A stretch of 64,000 nt of DNA, taken from the NCBI GenBank assembly GCA_043228905.1, contig JBHGNT010000011.1, positions 17,298,001-17,362,000 on the forward strand. The letters are read 5' to 3'. Numbering within the stretch: position 1 is the stretch's first letter; every line of letters begins with the position of its first letter. The stretch comes from Azolla caroliniana. Its lineage: Eukaryota > Plantae > Polypodiophyta. The position numbers and the translations under genes are program-made. The notes under the pieces are model-generated. The model searched no databases. It was given only the letters and a program-made list of their open reading frames with translations, and was not told where the DNA came from. Positions 55,001 to 64,000 of this stretch are shown here, piece after piece.

Positions 55001-56174
55001 GAGTAAAAAGAAGAGAGAACCTGTCAGCTTCATCTAAGAGAATGATTTTATGCCTTCCTGGAGGCAATGTAACCTTCTTCTGTGCAAACATCTTTATCTT
55101 GTTGCGAACAACATCTATACCCCTATCACATAAATTGCCAATAAAACAAACATTATGATATAGATAAGTCTTAGAAAGTACAAAAATATGGTACATATTT
55201 CTAACCAGAAACCACAGAGACCAGTAGCATAGAAATTATTACCAAACCAAAAGTATGAAATTTTGGGGTTCCAAAATTGTTGACTTCATCTAAACAGGTT
55301 GAAATACTACTACTTCCCTATTAATGTACTATTTCATGGAATTTATATGCATAAAGACTGATTCCAATATATTTATACATGCATCTGAGCATGGATGTTC
55401 AGTTTTAACTTTCTCCTAATTATATGCTCTTTTTTACGAGGTGGTTATCTCGAAGATTTTGCTATCACTTTTATTGTACTTGCATAGCTCAAAAGGGTGG
55501 TGATTACTCTTCCTTGTATGCCTTCTTTTTTCTTTTTCTTACTTATGTTTGTAAATGGCAAATCCCATCACGAGATATAGATGCAAATACCTTTGCAGCA
55601 AGCATTTTGATTGGTTGAAAAACAAAATACTGAAACCATGAAAATTTAATGTGTAACCTGTCATCTGAAGCATTGAGCTCCAATACAGCTTCTTTGAAGT
55701 TTGCACCTAAGAGTTCATGAGCAAGCGCATGAATACTTGTTGTTTTCCCTGTACCTGGAGGGCCCTTCGAAGTTGTCAAGGAAAATAGACCATTCCCTCT
55801 TTCTTCACAATACAACGTAACATATGGTATCATGTCAACTCTACAGCTCATGGAAACCATAGTTATATAGTATTTTTCCTAGCTGAGAAAACAAAATATG
55901 AAGAAGCAGCATTCCGAAATCTTTCAGCTTGTTAAACAGTATTAAAAAAGAAATCTTAATGATCATATGCTCCAAATCAAATCAAGAGAGAGAAAGAGGA
56001 TACAGAAAATATGAGATTAGGCATGTTCCCATCTCTGGCGATGACCTGCAACCTCGCCACTGCATCTTCGTTCCCGACGATGTCTGCGATCTTGTGAGGT
56101 CTGTATTTCTCCACCCATGGCAGGTCGTAATCTTTAGCGGAGAATGTAGCAGGGTTGTTATTGTTGCTGCCCAT
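52036..56174 (-). CDS. RFC2: Replication factor C small subunit (human RFC2 / yeast Rfc4 type), 336 aa; exons 56174-56004, 55764-55658, 55122-55021, 54926-54731, 52662-52534, 52459-52265, 52146-52036
   Basis: [109 protein letters not shown]. The exons sum to 1011 nt. Confidence 0.95.
55765..56003 (-). other. Putative U12-type (minor spliceosome) GT-AG intron, RFC intron 1
   Basis: 5' splice site GTATCCTCTT. Branch point TTTCCTTGAC ending 10 nt before the exon. No polypyrimidine tract before AG. Confidence 0.8.
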
Positions 56175-59100
56175 CCGAATCTGTCTCTCTCTCTCTCTCT
56201 CTCTGAGACAGGGACCAGTGCAGGAGACTTCGAGACTCTGTTTCTCCCCGCCAAAAGGACAGCAGCTTGGAGGTGAGGAGAAAGATTTCCCGCCAAAAAA
56301 TGGGCCCTAATTCCTCTAAATTACAAGACTGTCCTTTTCTATTGTTACCAATAACCATGATTAATTATCTTGGCCTAATTAGGGCTTCATTAGGTCTTCT
56401 ATGATCACTCCTTAACCACTTGTTTTCGAATAGATTGTAACTAATCGAAGCATAATGTTCCGAGCCGTCTTGATTCCTCTACGTTTTTTTAGTCTCTTAA
56501 TTAAGCATGACATTGCATCGATTCGGTAGCTTCAGTTTCATTCTCAATTAAATACTTCAACAAGAGGTTTAGAATTGGATCGAGTTCGTCGATCGTAATT
56601 AACACCCCTATTGGTGGCTAATGAACGGTTGACACCCATCCCTTCCTACATCTTTCGGCAATATATGGTTGATGCTAGCCCGAACTCCCCAAAGGATGAT
56701 CTTAGTGTGCGAGGAAGGATTCCACCAAGTAAGAAACGTGTCAAAAGAATCTTACATGCATCTATTAACATCCAATGATCACTCACTCTTGCTTCATCCA
56801 CCATAAACAAGTGACCCATTCTTGCCCACACAACTAGTGTGTATACGATATGGGTCACAACTACCTGATCAAAGAATATATCAACATCCCTTATGTTAAA
56901 ATCCAAGCCATCGTTGCCATCTCTACGCTACTTGGGCTTCCCTTGATGGACCCCTTTTTGTAATACAATGTTACCACAAATACAACTAACCTCGATGAAG
57001 ATCCCACCTAGAGACAATTGCTTAGTATTTGTATATAACATATGATCTTGGCATTCAAACAATACTTCAAGATAATGGCTAATGCAAGGTTCATTGATAA
57101 TTTCATCATCGTTCAATTGGACATTGCATATGAAGTTCCTAAAAAATGCCATGCATGAATGGTTCTCTAATGATCTAAAAGAGTCATTCGAGACTACCAT
57201 GCTAGTGCAAGCAGTACCTTAGCTACCCCTTGACATTCCACATCACCAATAAACAATGCCTCCACCTCCCATCGAGATGCTTGCCAAAACTACATTGAGT
57301 TGGTTCCTTCTAAAGTAAAGTTCATATTGACCATGCATAAAAAGAAAGGGCATCCCTTTATATCTTTTTGATGATCGTCTAAACTTTTATTTTTGACACT
57401 ATTAAGTTAAAAGGAACAACTTTTTGTCACTTCTGTATGGTTAATGCATGTTTTGTTTTGTTTTATCCACTAGAAACAATTAACATTGACTATTTATACT
57501 ATCAATGTCCCTTTTTTCTTTTTCTTTTCTACGAATTATGTGCTCGTGATAGCATTTAATGTATTTTACCTTCATGAGAATAGTTATTGGATCACACAAT
57601 GTAAACTTATTTATTTGAAATAAAATTTGGATACATACATTGAATCCTAATTATTGCGTTAAGTTTACAATGGTTGGGAACAAATGCAAACCTTTATAGA
57701 ATATATAATACGTGTAGACTCTAAGAATAGTATGATTGTGTAGTCAATGAGCTTATCTATATCCATGGACCATCTTCGTGAATATTAAAGTAGGTTATGA
57801 GTGTATTGAATAAGCATGATATATAGCTTGAACTAGGGAGTCATTAAAAATATTCCCCTTTTTTCATGTCGATGGTTTTGTCCATGAAAATATTGGATAA
57901 GTATGGCATGCACACGAGACTTAGGGTTCATGGGATTAAAAGGTTGAGGAAAACCACAAGGTAATGTTGATGATTTTGTGCATGTGTAGATAAGGTAATA
58001 ACATAGGAGAAATGGTTTGATATCACCAAATATGTTGAATGCTTCACATTTACATTCCTTCTTGCAAACTTAAGAGCGTTCCTTGCGACCTTCTTTGATT
58101 TATATTTAGTGAAGAATACAACATCATCGATTATAAACATAGGGTGATCTCTAGGTTATTCTTATGGGATTAATGAAACAATTTATCACAAAAAGCTCCA
58201 TGTTACAAGTTACAACTAACAAAAGAGCTACAACCAGGAGGTTTTGCTATGAACTCAGGGTGTAACATAGATACGTTAATTCTAGGACTCGAATTAAAAA
58301 TATTGAACGAGAACTACTAATTCATTTGTTAAATTATCCACTCATTTGTCTCCATACGTTTTTACTAAATTTCATTATAATTTATCATATAAACATTTTA
58401 CTTATGTTCTACCTCAAGAGTCCGTAAAAAAAAATGTCAATTATAAGAGTTTGCTCCACATAGAATTAACTTTATGCTATGCAATTTTTAAGCCTTTTTG
58501 TCATTGTTGTGCTAATGCGCTAATTAATTGTTTACTCCGACTTTACACTAAAAAACGTAGACAATAATTCATTGGTTAGTTAAGTCTCCCTTTCTATCGT
58601 TAAAGTTTTGACAAGAAAAATTCCTTCAAGTTCAAGTCTAGGTCATTTTAACTAATTGGGATGTAAGAACACGTGTTTGCATGTGCACATTTAGAAAATG
58701 ACAACAAGACCATTAGTTCGAATATGGTTCACCTCAAAATACTTTTCAAGACACAAGAGAGATATTTCCATGTGCACATTTTCTCTGTTTGATGTGGTTT
58801 GGCTACATGACAAATGATCGTGACTTTAGCATTTTTTTTTTCAGATACCATTTATCCAATAGCTACAATCAATAGATTGGTGGTGAACACTCTATGAATG
58901 GCACCAAGTCATATACCATACATATATGAACGAAGTATGCGTTTTTGTGGAGAGGGATTGATGCACTCATTTCGAAGAAAACCCTCGTGAAATGACTATG
59001 GTTTCATTGTCACGTATTTTTTGCTATTGAGCCCAAGCTAAGACAAAGTTAAAATGATTAATTTCAAGTACTAAAGAAAATACAAGCAAACTTGTTCGAT

Positions 59101-59857
59101 TCTCTTAATGTGACAATTTATCTTTCACAAAGGAAGACATAGAAGGCAATATATAGGAATCTTTTATGAGGCAAGATGGGACGACCATGTTAGAAGCTCG
59201 GGTTCTAAAGAACACATGCACCTAGGATGCAACACAAAAAATAAGATGACTACACTGCCACGAGCTTAACAAATAGCACAAGGAATGGAAAGGAAAAGAA
59301 CACATGAAGAACTTTGCTCAATTTGCTCAACATGACAGATTACAATTTATCGGTAACTAAAAGATAAGAAGGCCAAGAGGGAAAATATAAGAATGATGTA
59401 CGAGACAAGATGGGGCAACCATGTTTCGAGCAAAGAAAAGAATAAACATAACTATACGCCTCACAAAAAAGCTCGACAAAGAGGAAAATGAAAGGAACAT
59501 GACACTAGGCACATGGTTGGACGACGGGGTCAAAGACTCGGGTTCGAGAGCATGTATAGTGGCACAATTAATAAGAAACAAGACTACGGATTCCATGAGT
59601 TGCACCCCCCCCCTTCCCTGCCACAAGCAGAGCCCAACAAAAACACGAAATAAGAGTGATAATGGGACAACAGACATGGCGAATGAGTGAGTGAGCGAGG
59701 CATTGATCACACGAGCATGAAGCAAGGAAAGGAAACAACATAACTAGTTATAGGCACAAAATGTGATGAGAAGGTTTTATATAGAGTATAGATAGATATA
59801 GATAGCTTGGAGATAAAGATACATATATAGACAAAAATGAAGTTCAATGTAGTGAAG

Positions 59858-60049
59858 GGGTGTGTGTGTGTGTGTGTGTGTTTTTGTAGTAGTGGTAGTA
59901 GGAAGGAAGAAGAAGAAGTAGTAGTAGTAGTAGTGATAGTAGTGAAAGTAGAGAAGTAAACAGAGAGAACCCAATAACGGCAAGAAGTAGTAGCAGCTGC
60001 AGCAGAAAGAAAGAAGACAGTGATGCCCTGTCCACAGATCTAATTGACA

Positions 60050-60086
<37 letters not shown>
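59858..60086. repeat. Microsatellite cluster (GT)n, (TAG)n/(GAA)n, (CA)n upstream of the ankyrin gene
   Basis: Simple repeats are directly visible. Confidence 0.9.
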
Positions 60087-60089
<3 letters not shown>

Positions 60090-60526
60090 CGCTCAAGGGT
60101 GTTCCTTTTCTCCTGTGAGAAGACGGTATTCTTCTTTTCTCTGTTGCTCTTCAATGTATACCTAGCTAGCCCCTCATTTTCATTTCCTGTTTTTATTCTT
60201 GCAATTTGCTCTTTTATTTATTTATTTTAGGGTTTTGTCAAAAAAAGAAAAGGAATCGATAATAAAGAAAATCCCAAACACCATGGCCTCCTTCTGCGGG
60301 GGTATTGATTGATCTGTCGAGAAAAAATAGAACAGAAACATTTTCCCTTCTCTCTGTAGTTGATCATTGAACAAAAGAAAAATAGAGGGGAAAAGGGAAG
60401 GAGAAAGAAGAGGAAGAAGAAAGCTATGTTTTTTGAATAAAAGGATTTGGTCCTTTTGTGAAGTTAACAGGAGGAGGAAGAACTAATTAAAAAGAAGGGT
60501 CATTGTTCAAAAGTAAGAAGCCATTC

Positions 60527-62772
60527 ATGGCTCAGCTAATCTCTATACAAGAAGCTAAGGAGAAATACAAGCATAGTCCTGCGCATTTTGCGATTGCTTG
60601 TGGTGACCATGAGTCACTAAAAACTATACTTTCACGCCTTCCAATTCTGCCCAAGGCAGGAGACGTGACAACTGAACAGGAATCTGTTGATGCTGAAGAG
60701 GCAGCTGATAGGGTCTCGTATGTCGTGGATCGCCGTGACGTACCTGGGCGTGAAACCCCCCTTCATTTAGCTGTCCGTCTTAATGACCCTGTATCTGTGC
60801 AAATGCTCATGGCCTCTGGCGCCGACTGGAGCCTCCAAAATGAGCATGGATGGAGTGCCCTCCAAGAAGCCGTTTGCTCTAAGCAAGAAAACATTGCTAT
60901 TATTATCACTAGGTTCTATCAACCTTTTGCTTGGGCGAAATGGTGTCGCCGATTGCCGAGAATCACTGGGGCCATGCGTCGGATGCGGGATTTCTACATG
61001 GAAATCACATTCAATTTTGAGAGCTCGGTCATACCTTTCATTAGCCGAATTGCACCCTCAGATACATATAGGATATGGAAACGAGGATCGAATCTAAGGG
61101 CTGATATGACCCTCGCCGGATTTGATGGATTCAAGATCCAACGGTCAGATCAAAGCTTCTTGTTCCTTGGAGATGGGAGTGAAGATGGTAAGGTTCCACC
61201 CGGATCTCTTCTAGTGTTAACCCACAAAGATAAAGAGATTAGTAATGCACTTGAAGGGGCAGGTGCTCAACCTTCTGAAGCTGAGATCGCTCAAGAGGTG
61301 GCTACAATGTCGCAAACCAATATGTATCGGCCAGGAATTGATGTTACCGAGGCGGAATTGGTTCCTCAACTTTCGTGGAGAAGGCAGGAGAAAACTGAGA
61401 TGGTGGGTCTGTGGAAAGCTAAGGTTTACGATATGCATCATGTACATGTCAGTGTGAGGTCTCGGAGAGTTCCTGGAGCCATGACAGATGAAGAGCTTTT
61501 TGCCTCTGAAGCCGAGGCTCAAGGAGAACAAGAAGATGATTATACAGAGTTTTTGACTGAAGAGGAGAAAAAGCAGTTAGAGAATGCTATGATGGAAGAA
61601 ACAGGGGATGATGATGATGAAGATGATGCTGAAAGATGTAATGGTACTGACAACGAGGCATCAAACTCATCAAAGCATGAAAAGAATGATTCAGTGGTGG
61701 GCTCACAGAATTCCGTCCGAGATCAAAAGAAAACTCGATGGTTTGGATTCAGTAATAAACAGAAAGGCGATAAGAAACAACCTCCTGGTGCTAACTTGCA
61801 AAGCAGCGGGGAAGTTGTGAAATCAGAGTTGAATTTGGGCAAAGAAGATGCTTCAAAAAAAGGTTACAAGGAATCTCCTGAATCCAGCAGAGAGAATACA
61901 GATGATACATATGTAAATAATACTTCAGCAGATGAAATTCTGAAAAAAGGTAAAGGGAAAAATGGCGGAAGAGTTGAGGGTATCAAGGATAAGAAGAATC
62001 AAGTCTCTAGCAGCAACAATGGCAATCTCGAGAATGAATACAAGAAAGGTTTGAGGCCTATACTCTGGCTAACCCCCGATTTCCCTCTTAAGACTGAAGA
62101 GTTATTGCCACTTCTTGATATTTTGGCCAACAAAGTCAAAGCGGTTCGCCGTTTGAGGGAGTTGCTGACCACGAAGCTACCTTCAGGAACTTTTCCAGTG
62201 AAGGTATGAGTCATCAAATTATTAAAATTTGGGCAATGTAGGCTCTTTTCAAAATGATATGAATGGAGTTTCCAAATTGAGCCATACTCTGTTTTTTCAA
62301 AAGCACATTAGTGGAGCTACCAAAATTTGAGTCATGTAGTTTCTTTTCAAAATCAGACTCATATAAACTTCTTAGAGGAATCTTTTTTCAGGTGGCAATT
62401 CCCATTATACCTACGATACGTGTGGTGGTCACATTCAATAAATTCGAGGAACTAGCAAATTCAGAAGAGTTTGGCACACCACTATCAAGTCCTGCCCACT
62501 TCTCAGAGTCCAAAGGCAAGGAGAATAATGAGACATCTATTTCTTCATCAGGTTCATGGTTATCATGGATAAAGGGTAGTTCAAGAGATCAAACATCTTC
62601 AGTTCAAGAAGATTGCATCGAAGACATTGACCCTTTTGTCATTCCTACCGACTATTCATGGATTGACTCGAAAGAGAAGAAACGACGTTCAAAGGCCAAG
62701 AAGGCTAAGAACAAGAACCTCAAGAAACCCACACTGAAACCAAAAGAATTAGATGGAGAGGTTAAGGAATAA
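60527..62772 (+). CDS. Ankyrin-repeat protein of the ANKRD13 family (about 685 aa); exons 60527-62203 and 62392-62772
   Basis: YKHSPAH, RETPLHLAVRL..GADWSLQNEHGWSALQEA, DFYMEITFNFESSVIPFISRIAPSDTYRIWKRGSNLRADMTLAGFDG, PDFPLKTEELLPLLDILANKVKAVRRLRELLTTKLP.GTFPVK|VAIPIIPTIRVVVTF. Confidence 0.9.
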
Positions 62773-64000
62773 ACATCTTACTTATTATTTGTTTGTTCCG
62801 TGGCTGTTTTCCTTGCTATGATGCATATAGCATAATGATGTCACATTTCGTTTTTCTCGGCTTTAAAATTGTGGCATGGAGAGATGACAATTCCAGGTTA
62901 TCTTCGATTTTGTACCTAGGAAAACTCTCGAAGGTGGAAAGCAACTATTCTAGGAAATATATATTTCGGTAAGATGTTCTTACCAAGTTACAATCCTCAC
63001 CCTGATGGGCAAAGAGGGGTCTTGAGTCTATTTACGCAGAAGCCCTTGGGCAAATGATGACTACCATTTGTTAATCTTATCATGTTCCATACAAACTCCT
63101 TTTTTTTTGGGTTTTTTGGTGTGGGTTCTAAAAACACCATGATGGAATGTTTGTTAGCAAGTTAGTAGGCTTGAGCAGAAAGCACATGAAAAGAATTTGT
63201 TGCACTCTGGAAACGGCAAAATGTATGGTTTTCTTTTTCTTTTTCTTTTCATGAATTGCAACTTGCTAGAAGGATTTCAGATTAGAGAAAGTGGTTATGT
63301 TTGTATCAGATGTGTGAAATACAGTTGCCAAAACAGCGTATGTATTCTTATCATATGGAAAAAACAAAGGGGAGAGTTAATATCCTTTAGTGATTAATTA
63401 AATTTGATTGTAATTTCAAAATGGAATAGCTTGATGTCTCCAGAAGTATATATAATTTTGCAGTGCTGAAGAATACTAGTCGATGCGAAAGAGTTGATGT
63501 GATGATTTTCTTGTGGGTGAAAGCTGTATCGTTGATTATTATGGAAAGGAGGTTTAGATCAGGTGTTCTAATATCATGGCATTGATGAATGGCGATCCTA
63601 GCTTTGATTCATCCTGATGCATATTTTGCTCCATATCTTAGTATATGTATCTCTCCTTCTGTATTTGATTGTTGCGTTGCCTTCTTTGTCTATTTGTTTT
63701 GCAAGTTTGAGACGTTTTTGTGAGCTGCATTTGAGGGTTCATCAACAAGTAAATATGCATGGACATTGTAGATAGAAGCGCCTTGAATAACTAATAACTA
63801 GTATAACAATTTGATTTGCAAGAAAGCACTTAGTTATTGTAGATGATTTGTAACCTTGTGACCATTGTCAAATCATAATCTCTCATAAGAAGCACTAATT
63901 TGGTTTTGAGGTTTTTGATTGCCTGCTCAATTTTGTTCAAAGTAGGACGTCTTTTGTCAACTTGAAAGAGGCATGAGAAAGAGGAATGTTGGCCAACCTC

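Noticed and set aside
56530-57290. Possible LINE remnant upstream of RFC2
   Set aside because: Only a YLGFP-like fragment is visible; too little to support a call.

Overview
This is eukaryotic land-plant genomic DNA with spliceosomal GT-AG introns and GA/CA microsatellites. The TE content suggests a non-seed plant such as a fern, but that is inference. There are five host genes: (1) an AHL/HAL2-like PAP phosphatase (minus strand, runs off the left edge); (2) a 17-exon full-size ABCG/PDR-type protein; (3) an XRN2/3-type 5'-3' exoribonuclease; (4) a replication factor C small subunit whose first intron looks U12-type; (5) an ANKRD13-like ankyrin protein. The 4-19 kb region is a retroelement nest: L1 remnants, a 2.07-kb non-autonomous LTR element, a tRNA-Trp-primed Gypsy fragment, an intact Ty1/copia with identical LTRs but no target-site duplication, and a LINE RT fragment. 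A second, decayed copia lies at about 40 kb. The best candidate for new biology is the ABCG gene. Its spliced frame is fully open, yet the ATP-hydrolysis motifs look systematically lost, and a phase-0/0 exon inserts a PDZ-like domain between NBD1 and TMD1. This suggests a pseudo-ATPase scaffold or sensor rather than a pump. Other notable items are a heat-shock-element-bearing, probably self-priming mini LTR element, a recombinant copia junction, convergent tRNA-like pairs, a tandem-duplicated intron creating an AG|GT site, and telomere repeats at a duplication junction. All coordinates and exon models were read by eye and no searches were run.
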